A stretch of 64,000 bases of DNA from Lingula anatina (lineage: Eukaryota; Animalia; Brachiopoda). The DNA is taken from contig CM120641.1 in assembly GCA_051362555.1 (NCBI GenBank), positions 19,096,001-19,160,000 of the forward strand. Reading direction: 5' to 3'. The translations under genes were made by a program, and so were the position numbers. The stretch's first letter is position 1, and every line of letters starts with the position of its first letter. Below the pieces are notes generated by a model that worked only from the letters and a program-made list of their open reading frames with translations, was not told where the DNA came from and did not search any database. Shown piece after piece: positions 25,503-41,997 of this stretch.

Positions 25503-26861
25503 ATGAAAGGACACACTGGAGAAAAACCATTTGAATGCCTGTACCCTGAAAAGAGTTTTTGTGTTGAAGAGAGTTGTATACGGCATGAAATGATCCACAC
25601 TGAAGAAAAACCATTCAAATGCCAGTATTGTGAAAAGGGTTTCAATGTTAAACGAAATTGTATAAGGCATGAAATGATCCACACTAGAGAAAAAAAATTC
25701 AAATGCCAGTATTGTAAAAAGAGTTTTAGTGAAAAAAGGAATTGTATACGACACGAAAGGACCCACACTGGGGAAAAACCATTTGAATGCCAGTATTGTG
25801 AAAAGAGCTTCAGTACTAAACAGAGTTGTATACGACATGAAATGATCCACACTGGAGAAAAACCATTCAAATGCCAGTATTGTGAAAAGGGTTTTAATGT
25901 TAAAGAAAATTGTATAAGGCATGAAATGATCCACACTGGAGAAAAAATATTCAAATGCCAGTATTGTAAAAAGAGTTTTATTGAAAAAATGAATTGTAAA
26001 CAACACGAAAGGACCCACACTGGAGAAAAACCATTTGAATGCCAGTATTGTGAAAAGAGCTTTAGTACTAAACAGAGTTGTATACGGCATGAAATGATCC
26101 ACACTGGAGAAAAAACATTCAAATGCCAGTATTGTGAAAAGGGTTTTAATGTTAAACAAAATTGTATAAGGCATGAAATGATACACACTGGAGAAAAAAT
26201 ATTCAAATGCCAGTATTGTAAAAAGAGTTTTATTGAAAAAATTAATTGTATACGGCATGAAAGGACTCACACTGGAGAAAAACCATTCAAATGCCAGTAT
26301 TGTGAAAAGAGCTTTAGTATTAAACAGAGTTGTATACGGCATGAAATGATCCACACTGGAGAAAAAACATTCAAATGCCAGTATTGTGAAAAGGTTTTTA
26401 ATGAAAAAATGAATTGTGCACGACACGAAAGGACTCACACCGGAGAGAAACCATTTGAATGCCAGTATTGTGAAAAGAGCTTTAGTATTAAATATAGTTG
26501 CAAACGGCATGAAATGGTCCACACTGGAGAAAAACCATTCAAATGCCAGTATTGTGGAAAGAGTTTTAGTGTAAAAAGTAAGTGGAAACAACATGATATG
26601 ATTCACACTGCCATTTCACTTCAGTCTATAAAAAAGGAATTACAAGTGGAGGATGTACAACATGAGCCTATGATTTCGATACAGTCTGTAAAAAAGGAAT
26701 TTCAAAAAGAGCTTAACCCATATCAGACAAAGGAGGAGAGCGTATCACATACAGAACCTGTAGTGAAAATGGAGTTTAATAATAACAACACTCCAGGAGT
26801 GAGACCTGAAATATATCCTGTTGCTATGTTTAGAAATGTATTTTCAAATACTGATGTTTGA
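25503..26861 (+). CDS. Tandem C2H2 zinc-finger protein (13 fingers); 5' end disrupted, possibly a pseudogene
   Basis: 84-bp repeats encoding CQYCEKSF...H...HTGEKP; first finger lacks its second Cys (CLYP); the ORF ATG arises from a deletion in an RHERTH codon run; upstream 25340-25502 holds finger remnants with stops and frameshifts. Confidence 0.8.
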   Translation: MKGHTGEKPFECLYPEKSFCVEESCIRHEMIHTEEKPFKCQYCEKGFNVKRNCIRHEMIHTREKKFKCQYCKKSFSEKRNCIRHERTHTGEKPFECQYCEKSFSTKQSCIRHEMIHTGEKPFKCQYCEKGFNVKENCIRHEMIHTGEKIFKCQYCKKSFIEKMNCKQHERTHTGEKPFECQYCEKSFSTKQSCIRHEMIHTGEKTFKCQYCEKGFNVKQNCIRHEMIHTGEKIFKCQYCKKSFIEKINCIRHERTHTGEKPFKCQYCEKSFSIKQSCIRHEMIHTGEKTFKCQYCEKVFNEKMNCARHERTHTGEKPFECQYCEKSFSIKYSCKRHEMVHTGEKPFKCQYCGKSFSVKSKWKQHDMIHTAISLQSIKKELQVEDVQHEPMISIQSVKKEFQKELNPYQTKEESVSHTEPVVKMEFNNNNTPGVRPEIYPVAMFRNVFSNTDV

Positions 26862-27067
26862 TTTCTGATCAATCATTAAATAACAGGTTAAGTTGGGCAT
26901 TAAATTTAAGATTAATTATTGTATGACTAAACGTTAAAACAATAACAACCGAAGTTAAGATTTCCTTTTTAAGTCATTAATTATTTTTTTGAAAGAAAAA
27001 GTGTGACAGTTAACAGAAATAAGCACCAATACCACACGGTTGAATCAATTAAGAGCTGCACTGTCAG

Positions 27068-27524
27068 GCTATTGTGTTTTACTCGAGTAGCTTTGCTGAG
27101 GTACACAATACCATCGTCAACAGTAGGGATTTCAATAACAGATCATTCACGATCTCTTCATAGTACCTATATTCGCACAGACCAAGTTGCCCCTCAATTT
27201 TTATTGCATATTAATGGAGAGTTAATTTAATTTGCTAGAGGTTTCAATAAAAACTCACCAGCTGGCAAATACTCACCCAGGAACCAGCTGCCACACAATG
27301 ACACCGAGTACGTTATAGTATGGTATTTCACAAGTTAAATTTTCGTCAGAGGGGGGACATAAAAATACTTTTTCCAAAATAATGGAAAATTTTCAAGACT
27401 GAGTGAGACAAGAAAGCAATAATGATTGTTTTTTAATTGCTTCTCTTTTTCTGTTATTGAAATCCCTACTGTTGACAATGCTATTGTGTACCTCAGCAAA
27501 ACTACTCCAGTAAAACACAATAGC
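27068..27524. repeat. ~75-bp inverted duplication (27068-27142 / 27450-27524)
   Basis: GCTATTGTGTTTTACT...GGGATTTCAATAACAGA matches the reverse complement at 27450-27524 with a few substitutions. Confidence 0.85.
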
Positions 27525-29958
27525 ATAACAGTTTGTCAGATTGACCAAACTTACCATTTTACATATCTTTTGTCCATCAATCACTGAAAAGTTCTTGTAT
27601 TCTCTATTGTTGTACATAGAGTGCTGCTTCAGCCTTCGTTGAAATGCTGATTGGTTAAAAATAATGGGAAGAAGGGAAAATGTTGCACTGAACTTATTTA
27701 AGGTCATGTGGCATGTGAGAACAGTAAAACTTGTAAGTTTTAGTGTCTTTTTTATTCAGATGTGACTGTATCATAAGTCAGACTTCAATAAAAATATTTT
27801 TGGGCTCAATTTTTTTCTATTTTGCCATTTTGAGGTCGGTGGAATATGGAAAACAAATGATCAAAAAATATCTGCCTAAAATCTGAAACTCCAATGCCAC
27901 AGAAAAAATATAAATTGGTCTGCAAAGATATGCGACAGTACAGTTTTTTACAATATTAGATTTATAAAATGCACAAACAGTAACAGGATAAAAAGCTAAA
28001 CAAATACTTTCAACTGTTCAGAAGAGAGGTTGAAAAGTTTGAAGTAAGCATGTGGAGTTTCTCATACTACAAGCGCACAAAATGTTATTACTTCCATTAT
28101 CCTCTCATTCCTTTTTATAACAAATGAAATATCTGATGGAGGAAAAACTGATTCACAAGAGTTTTTTCAATGTTTAATTGGGATTTACCAGTTAAATGAA
28201 TAAAAATTACACAAAAGGACGTAGAAGTAAGAAGCAAATTATAAACAAAAAGACAAACCAATGTACTCCTCAGTAATTTCTTGTGTTTTTATTTTCATAA
28301 TTTCTCTCATGTAGATATTTTTCCTCTGTCTCAACCACAACCATTGTAACATATTCCCTATCAAAGATCTCAAATTATTATCATCATGTTTGTACTGTAA
28401 AATACGAAACTGCTGGACCAATACTACACAGTATCTACATTATAGTGGCTTGTCACAATCAATAAACTGACAAATTTACATGTGAGTCAAATATTCTTCA
28501 AATGTGTCCCTTAAATAATACAAGTTATATGCATGGATACAAAATTTACTATGAAATATAAGGTGCTCATTTCTAACTTATGATGAAATTTTACAATTCA
28601 ATGGTCAGATTGAAAAGAACCCAGACAAGTTGCCCTTACAATTGGTGACATTAGCTACAGGTCCACTAGCAGATTTGGCGTCTTGGTACTTTAAGTCATT
28701 TTTTTCTGTCTGTCCAAATTTAAGCTGTCCCTAAAGACTAGGGCGAATGAAATAAAGGGACTGGAAATACAGGAGAAGATCAAAGGATAATCTGCTTTGT
28801 TTTATTCATCCACGTTAAAGATTACTTTTTAATTAACTCTATATATTTTATCTTCATATAGTAGTACAGTAGCAAGATCTAGCAAAACATACAAATCAAA
28901 CACATCTAGAAGCTGAATTTGAAGGTAAAGGAAGGCAGCATTCAGTGATCACTTTGGAGTCAGAAATGTCAGCAAAAGTACGATGCACATGCTGTTGTAC
29001 CAAAATTGCCAATATTGTACTGTACTAGCTTGAAATTAAAACTATTGCTCTCTTCTTGGATGAATAAAACATCATATTCATTTAAACTTTAAACCAAGAT
29101 GTCAAAACAACAAAATCTGTAAATATCTATAGGAAATCCGAGGCCCTGGTACCAATACCATGTAGAGAGCACCATTTCCTTACATGTGGTTAACATCGTT
29201 CCCACTGTTATTTTTGCTCAAGTTCTTCAACTGTTTTAATAATTCATGAGTAAAGTGCATTTTATACTCCATATGCACAAGGAGGTAAATGAGAAGTAAT
29301 TTTGGACCACCAAACCTTTTCGGAGTAATGTACCTTGGTTCTAATGAATGACTAGAGTAAAGACACTTTTACCATGTAAATGTGGAGAAAATCAGAACAT
29401 TGGTCAACTTTTTGAGTGAAATGTGAAATTTACTAGAAAACATGAGTCATTAAAACTGCATATAAGTTTTAATGTCATTAAATGATTAATGCATTCATTT
29501 TATTTTAATAATTAAAATTTTATTTAATTAAAATCCAACAACAGTTTGAAACACAACCAATCAAAAATTTTGCAAAATATTTATTACTCAACATTTAATA
29601 ATTTTCCACTATTATCAAGTTTCAATCAATTGATCACATAAATAATTGCATTTCAAAATAAATTCATACTCATCATCCTCTGTTCACTGGTAAAATTAAA
29701 TTGCTATGATCATTAGATAAAAGTTTATCCATCTTTCATGCTGTCAGTGTTAACAAAAACACAATCGGAGAGTGTTCAAACTTTGATGTCTGAAAAAAAA
29801 AAGAAGCCCCCGAACACAAACTTGTCTGGACAAAATTTTTTTGTTACCCTTTTTTTCTTTTTTCAGTGACATCACATCTATTGCCAATGGCATTTTCCTG
29901 TTTATAAATACAATGTAGATTTGTTTGTGCATCACTGACAAATTGTATGGCAATTTTC

Positions 29959-34132
<4,174 letters not shown>

Positions 34133-34439
34133 GTTTGCTTGTGGGTCTAAAACGTGGATTTCAGCCAACCATGTGTCGGAACAACTGATAATGGAAAAAT
34201 CGGACAAGAGAGTAATTAGAGGTGCCATTTCTGTTATCTGCTCATGTTATGATTTTTAACATTTTTGATTCACAATAGTGAATTTTTATGGTTAATTTTT
34301 CGTTTCACGACATTTTAATCTACAATATATCCCATCATACATTACACCAGGAAGTTAACTGACACACAACCTGCCAAGATCAAGATGGGAAAGTACTCTT
34401 AGACTTCATTTATCATTATTTAATGGATTTGAGAAAAGG
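34133..34439. promoter_or_regulatory. Bidirectional promoter ECHS1/WDR45B
   Basis: Divergent ATGs 307 bp apart; ETS-type CAGGAAGT at ~34348. Confidence 0.65.
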
Positions 34440-37400
34440 ATGAATTTAGGGAATTCAAGCACTTTCAACAACGGGCTACTCTATGCAGGCTGGAATCAAG
34501 ACCAAGGTTAGTAAGATATGTAACTTGACTGTATGATTCGTTGGGTTTGATGACAATTGACATAGACAAGTCACCACCCCCTTCTTCGCTTCCAACAATT
34601 CACCGTCTTGGCTCCCCTCCCCGCAGAGAGGGGTATCTGTGATGGTAATCTTATATTTTACCAATGGCGGCATTACATTCAGTATGTACACGCACTATAA
34701 CTATGCAGCGCAGAAAACAATCCAAATTAAGCGGATTGGCATATATTTTATCACATGCTTCATGTTAAAGAGCAAAGTATTTAGATCAAGTTAAAGTTTT
34801 GTCCTCATGTTTATTCACAACCTAGGTAAACAGCAAGATTCTTTTCTTAGTTTTATGGAGTTCAGAAAGCTTAACAAATGCACTGATTGTGTGCAGTGGA
34901 TATTAAGTTGTACAATGGTGTATGCATTTTTTTTTTCAAGTCATGGAAGAAGTTACATGTTCAAAGGTTGTATTTTGCTTAAGTTTTTTTTTCAGAAATC
35001 ATCATCATTCCTCACTGACTACATTTATTGTTTGTCTTTTAGGATGTTTTGCATGTGGAATGGACAATGGTTTCCGTGTATATAATTCTGATCCATTAAA
35101 GGAAAAAGAAAGACAAGGTAAAATTTGGTATTGTTTGTATTTATGGATGCCTAATCATGCTAATCTTTTTCATTCCTACATAAGTTTGTATGTGAAATGT
35201 CATATAAAATTAGAGATATTTTAATATTTCCACTTATTAGATAAGCTGTCTTTACTTTTTCCTCCAGATTTTCCTGAAGGAGGTATTGGTCATGTGGAGA
35301 TGTTATTTAGGTGCAATTACTTAGCTCTGGTAGGAGGAGGAAAAAGTCCAAAGTACCCTCCAAATAAGGGTAAGTTTTGACCCATGACTGCATGTCTACT
35401 TTTATGGTCAAGACATGTTTAAAGTCTATCACTTAAATGTCTGTCTAGGTCAAGTTTTTTAGTCCTTTTAAGCTACATATTCCATTTTCTTCTGAATGTT
35501 AGAATCTGAAATGTTTTTTTTTTTTAATTTTATTTTAAACAAAATGCACATGTAGAATTGCTCTTGCTGTTTTCTAATATGCTGATATGAAGAAGTTTCA
35601 TAAGTTAGAAGTGGGCATTTAATATCAAATTTGAGTGAAATGAGAAGTCTAATTTGAAGATATCGAATCCAAAATTGATCCCATTTCAAGGTCAGGTTTG
35701 AGGATTGGTAGTTTGGTTATCCAAGAGTGTTTTTACAGTGTTTCATAAAGTACAAGGGGTTGTTCACTCTCTTCAGAAGTGTAATTTCATCACAATATTA
35801 AAGTCAGTTAATATTTCAGTGATGGTTTGGGACGATTTGAAGAAAAAACATGTCATAGAACTAGACTTTTCTAGTGAAGTTAAAGCAGTTAGACTTCGAA
35901 GAGACAGGTTTGTATATACTGTACTATATTTTCAACATATATATTTAATTTAGCCAATGCTTGATACAATTGGTACATGGAAATTTATATAAAGATAGTA
36001 AATGTTATATCTACTTTCACTTTTCATAATAAGTTACCTTTTGTGTGGATATGATAATAAACAATTTTCTGCTATTATATCATGATGTCCTGTGTTTACA
36101 GAATAGTTGTTGTTCTGGATGGTATGATCAAGGTATATACTTTCACACAGAATCCACAGCAGCTTCATGTGTTTGAAACCTCAAGTAACCCAAAAGGTGA
36201 ACCAAAGCTATTGGAATTTGTAGAGGTTATTTGCACAATGTCTGGGGGGAATGTGCAAATTAACATGTGTTTAAGCAGTATTATATTCAAGACTACGGTC
36301 ATATCCAAACAACCATTAGTCCATTATTTTGTGTGTAATAAAGTTATGAAGATACACACACTTTTCCAGTGTTTGTAAAGTGCACTCACACAATGCTCAT
36401 GTAAAGCAGCTGATCAAAATTAAGGAGGTAGTGCTTCATGTAGTTCAAGTCAGTAAGAACAAGCACCTACTAGTACCAAAGACGTGTAAAATAGAGGTCA
36501 AACTTCCAATCTTAGTATCCAGGTTAAAGGTTTTAAGCAGTAGCTTTATGTTGTATTTTCAGGTCTTTGTGTACTGTGTCCAAACAGCAACAATTCCCTT
36601 CTGGCATTCCCAGGACGAAAAATGGGCCAAGTTCAAATTGTTGATCTTGCCAACACAGAGAAACCCCCCACAGAGATAGCAGCCCATGAGGCCTCCCTTA
36701 GCTGTATTGCTCTAAATTTGCAGGGCACTAGACTGGCAACAGCGTCGGAAAAGGTATGGTAAGACAGCCCTGGTGTCACCATGAACTTTTTAAATTTCAT
36801 GTGAAAGGTTATCCATTTAAATGTACAGGAACATCTGTTCCAGACATGTTGAAAGTTCATGAATGGGAAAATATATTTGCTTTGCTTTTTATCATACTTG
36901 ATTTAGTTTCACAGTTTGTATGTTAAATGTTCCACCCAAACCATCCTTACTACACATCTTACCAACAAGTGGGGAATATTTCCATTTTCCAGGGTACTTT
37001 AATAAGAGTGTTTGACACAACAAATGGTAACCAGTTACATGAACTGCGAAGAGGTGCTAACCATGCATCTATTTTCTGGTCAGTATTTGCTTGAACAAGA
37101 TTGATTAAGAGGCACATTAATTATATTACTCTGTGTGTGTGTGTGTGTGTGTGTGTTCATAAGTAAAATTTGTCATGGGTGAAAGTTTTCAGGATTGCAC
37201 TTGATTGCCAGGATTTTCAGTCTCTATTATGATCGTTTTTATTTTTTTTATTTTATTATTATTTTTTTTCATATGGTCGTAATGCAATGAGAAATTGCTA
37301 GCTTTGTTTTCAAGGTTTTCAGTTTTTACAACTTTCACCCTTGTCAATTGTTCTTAAAGACCGACTGGATGACCTTGTGGTCAGAAGGTCTGTCTCCAGA

Positions 37401-38845
37401 GTGGGAGGTTGTTGGTTCCACCCCATACGAGGACATACCAGTCCATAAACAGTGCTTGCTGTTTCCCTGCTTGGTACTCAGCACTTGAAGTAGGGTTAAA
37501 GTTCCTGGTCTGGCAGTGAAAGATATGTTATTTTGTTAGCTTTGGCTGCATCTTCGCCAAGGAGGCCATAGCATCAATACTCTTTCTGCATCTTGCCCAA
37601 AAATGTCCACTCATCCATTATAAATTGTGCTGAAATGCATTAAAATGGAGTGAACCAAACTTTATTTTTATTTACTTTTAATGATTTATTATTCTGCTGA
37701 TTTGTCATCTTATGCATATATGTCATCTATTTCAGTGTTAATTTCAACCATGATTCTTCCTTACTCTGTGTCTCCAGTGACCATGGGACAGTGCACATAT
37801 TCTCTATAGAGGACCCAAAGAAGAACAAACAGTCAAGGTATGTGTAGTTAAGTATACATTCCACATGAAGGGATGGGTAATGTTAAGTTAAATATAAATT
37901 TACACATTAAGTGATGGTTAAGCCTACAGCACAACGACATGATCATTGAAGATTTATTTATCTCTCACTGATGTTATCTAACAAAATTTTCTTCAGATCA
38001 CTTGATTTCTTTGTATGGGAATCAGTGGAGCTCTCCTCTATGCATTTAATTTTGGTAAAAGGAATAGATCAGCCTTGGTTTTCATTTAGAAAAAAGGCAA
38101 ATTGAATATTTTATGGCACATTGGTAAATGTATGACTGGCTTAAATTTTATAACTTAGAGATTTTTTTCAGTCATAAAATACTGCATTTGACTTTTCAGT
38201 CTTGCTTCAGCAAGTTTTCTACCCAAGTATTTTAGTTCAAAGTGGAGCTTCTCCAAGTTTCAAGTACCTGGAGGATCACATTGCATATGTGCCTTTGGTG
38301 CTGACAATAATTCAGTCATTGGTAGGATTATTTTATTGTAATATTATTGTTGCAATACAGTAATACTTTTCAAACAAATTACTTTTTTTATTGTGTAGAA
38401 GTTTATGAATACCACACTCACCATTGCATTTATCACAGCGTTTTAAAATCTTGATCATTAAATAACATTTCATTGTCTTGCTAACAGTTTTTGCATTAAA
38501 TGGAGTAACCTTACATAAAATATATTTTTAACTGCAACAATGTAAGGAAAGTAATGTGATTTCAGCAAGTGTTATTTTTATTATAGGTCTACAAAAGCCA
38601 ACCTTTCAAAAATGTAAAAAAAAAGGATATGCACTTTATGCCATCTCATCACAGATTATCTCTCTTCAAACCTCTTTTTGCAGTATTTTTGTGTCAGTTA
38701 TTTCTGGGTTTTTAAATGTGATTGCATTTTTCTTTCAGTGATATGTGCTGATGGAAGCTACTACAAGTTTGTTTTCAACACCAAGGGTGAATGCAATCGG
38801 GACGTCTATGCACAGTTTTTGGAAATGACTGATGATAAAACCTAA
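34440..38845 (+). CDS. WDR45B: WD repeat phosphoinositide-interacting protein 3 (WIPI3, PROPPIN), 344 aa, 10 exons
   Basis: Exons 34440-34506, 35043-35117, 35268-35369, 35820-35907, 36102-36196, 36563-36753, 36993-37078, 37736-37837, 38200-38321, 38739-38845. Motifs [66 protein letters not shown]. Confidence 0.96.
37359..37560 (+). mobile_element. tRNA-derived SINE, V-SINE-like core, degenerate
   Basis: A-box-like TGACCTTGTGG and B-box-like GGTTCCACCCC, followed by CATACCA...TGCTGTTTCCCTGCTTGGTACTCAGCA, which resembles the V-SINE central domain as I recall it; 3' end approximate. Confidence 0.6.
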
Positions 38846-40224
38846 ACCAAGTCCAAGACACAGAATGTTTGTGTCTTATATTTTTGTCATACCTTAAACA
38901 ATTCATTTGTGCTTGATGCACTTTGCCATAATTCTCACAATGCTCCTAGATTAAGTTGAGTACTTTGTAAAGTTTTTGAAAAATTATCACCTGAATTAAC
39001 TATTGGGAATGTATATACAGTTCCTTGAAAAGAAAATAATGTGTTCAAGCGTTGGTTATGAAATTGCTGTTAAAATTTGTGCATTGATTAATTTATCCCC
39101 CCAAAAAAATTAAATACATAATACAATCTTGACATTCAGAGAAGTTGAAAGAATTTCGATTGTACATTGTTGCACTTGTAAAAGTAGTTAATTTAACAGT
39201 AAGTATACGAATTTTTCAGGCTCTTTTAAAGATGATGTTCTGTTGACATCAAAATAGCTGACTGCATGCAGTTCTTAAAATTTTCATAACCTATCAAAAT
39301 GATGTTTTGTCATTAAGATGTTTGGCTTGCTTTTACAAAATTACTGTACATTAACAATTGTGGCTATTTCAGTTATAACTGTATAAGTCAAGGCAGACAA
39401 ATGGATTATGCTTTTTCTCCAAAGTTGGACACTGAAGTAAATTGTCGATCCAACTGGAGCTGTTTGGACTTTGGTGTTCATGGACTTAAAATTACTGTTG
39501 TTGCACAAACCTAACAGCAAGAATGAGGCATTGTTAAATTTGTTATGTAGATCTACAGTGGGAATTGAGGAAACTAGCCCAACAATATTTTAATGATTTT
39601 TATATGGACATGGTTCATAGAGCATGGAACTTAATATATTTACACAGTAGTGTCAGCCAGATGGCAAGCTGTAACAAGGTTCTTTGCTGTATGTGTCTTG
39701 CAGATAAACTTTTAAGTTGCTGTCTGTTCAGAGAAGTAAATATGGATTTAAGAATTCTTTGCAGTGGTCAATGCCTTTGTGGTCTGGAAAATATCCTGAA
39801 CATTGTAAAAATGCAAGAGATTGTGATTTTCAAACAATGTTTGTACTTCCAGCATGAGCTTAGAGAAAATGTTACAGTCAGTTCAGGTTTTTATATTTCC
39901 ATTTGTGAAACATTAACAAATGTAAAGCTGAATATAACAAATTGATTGCTTATGCATTTTATTATTCCCTTCAGTTTTATTTACCTTATCCGTGGATGAA
40001 AAATTATCACAGACTGTACGACGTATTTCATGTATTGAAGGCTTTTCTGTTACAAAATAGTACAGATTAAGCTGGGTGGAAAAATTGCTATGATTGTCTT
40101 CACAAATTCATGCATTGACGGCAAAACTGAAACGTGACCATTTCGAAAATTTTAGCAATGATTTACTTAAACAAAGTGCATGTATAATGGCGAGTTATCT
40201 TAAACGGCCAGTGATTTTAGGCAA

Positions 40225-41805
40225 TTATTTGTCTTTAGGGTCCTCTGTGTCTGACTGCCCATCAACTTCCTCTTCGTCCTCCTCTACGTCGCCGCTTGCC
40301 AAGCCCTCTTCCTCCTCCTTTTCACATTCCGGGTCACGATTCTCTGCATCCTCTTGTCCGGCGACATTCCCGCAAGTTTTCTTCAAGTCATGCATGAGAT
40401 CCTTGAGGTCTTGACGGGCTTTCACTTGTTCCGTGCACCCGTTCAGATAGTAGTTTAGGTCAATGAGAGAGACGACAAATGCTGGGACGCCGTAACCGAT
40501 GCCGAACCCCATGAACATTACAACGAGAAGCTCGCGAAAGAGCTGAAAAAAAAAGATGTATTAGTGCAGCAAAACTTAACGTATTTAATGCCTTTTAGAA
40601 TTATCCCTTATACAGGGCGTTTCAAAAATGCACCGTACTTTGACCGTTCGTTACAAATATATTATGTATGTATTGTTTTTGAGTTTTCTTTTATGGTGTA
40701 TTGTTTGGCCTATATATTTTCTTTAATTTTAATTTTACTTATTCGACTTGTATCTTTGTCAATAAAAATTTAAATCAAAACCAAATTAATGTGCAGTCAA
40801 AAATAAGCACATATTTGAGACACCATGTAGAATAAAATAATACTGCGCGTGGAGCAAAAGAGCACTGTATTTCAATGATAAATGCTGTATCGCAAACTAA
40901 TATCAATAGTATCAATCTGATTAACGTTATAATTCAGAGTGAAAACATACTGGACCTCTATGCTCAAATGGTTTTAACTTGTGTATTTCGTACATACCTG
41001 TGCACTTTCTTGGGCGGGATAGGGGTCGATGTTGTCGAACACATGATCGATCAGAAATACCAACGCCATTGGGAAAATGAGAATTATGAAAGACTTCAGG
41101 ACATCCCAGATTTTTTCTTGAAAGGCCAAGAAAATGTGTTCCTGTGAAGGGCAGACAAAAATGTTGTATCAAGAGAAAACGTAATAAGTTATTTAAGCTT
41201 AAAGGATAAATAGTTCTCATGTACCAATCCATTACCCTCTACCAGAGCCATAGATTGGCATTTCACTAAACATTCACAGATATGTCTATGGTTTATCTGC
41301 TACTTTCCTGCACGTGCACATAATTAATTTGCGGCCCTAGCAGAGGGTACATGTATATCTCTCTCTCTCTCTCTCTCTCTCTCTGACACGCAAGCACAAC
41401 CGATGTGTCTGAAACACAACTAAAGCAAGAGCTTTTTTACTTCTTACGTTGATGATTCGTTTTTCGAGTCTCTCCACACGAGCTGTCAGTTGCTTTAGTT
41501 CTTCGCCAAGTTCGTCACTTATGCGGCGGATGCACTCGGAATGTTCGATCAGTACAAATTCTGGAATAAAAGACAAAATGTATATGATCAAATTATCAAA
41601 CCCGCATAAGGTTTTTCAATACATAGGCCTACTGCTTGAAAAAACCCATAGCGCATTTTACTTGCGTGCCAATATAATTAAAAACATTTAACAAATCAGA
41701 TGTAAGTTGCTCCTTATACTTCATAGTTTATTCTGATTTGCAGAGGGATAACATCGTGGAAACTGAGCCAGATAACTTACCGTTATTCCCACCCTGCCCC
41801 GACAT
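40225..41805 (-). CDS. Unrecognised 199-aa protein: coiled coil, two TM helices, acidic tail; 4 exons
   Basis: Exons 41781-41805, 41448-41560, 40998-41141, 40225-40542; all GT-AG, phase-consistent, 600 nt. MSGQGGNNEFVLIEH...ELKQLTARVERLEKRI...SFIILIFPMALVFLI...LLVVMFMGFGIGYGVPAFVVSLI...EEDEEEVDGQSDTEDPKDK. Confidence 0.8.
41233..41349. mobile_element. MITE, TACCCTCTACCAG family, copy 2
   Basis: TACCCTCTACCAGAGCC...GGCCCTAGCAGAGGGTA; no recognisable TSD. Confidence 0.7.
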
Positions 41806-41997
41806 CTTTGGCTTGGCAGGTATGGTATCCAAGTGACAAAAAATAAATAAAAGACGTAAACTGCATGACGTTATGACGTAAATATCACGTCACAATAAAT
41901 GCACGATGTTCAGTCACATTATGACGTTCGCGTGACGTTTGAACGCCGACAGAGCACAAGCATCTTTTGCGTATTTATTGAAAATTACACATGAAAT
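41806..41997. promoter_or_regulatory. 192-bp bidirectional promoter with five CRE half-sites
   Basis: TGACG at 41866, 41874 (TGACGTAA), 41922 and 41933, and CGTCA at 41888 (TCACGTCA), between divergent ATGs. Confidence 0.65.

Noticed and set aside
25460-26606. Long hydrophobic repetitive minus-strand ORFs (248 and 376 aa); also CRISPR-like periodicity
   Set aside because: Antisense of the 84-bp zinc-finger repeats; no unique spacers, and the context is eukaryotic.
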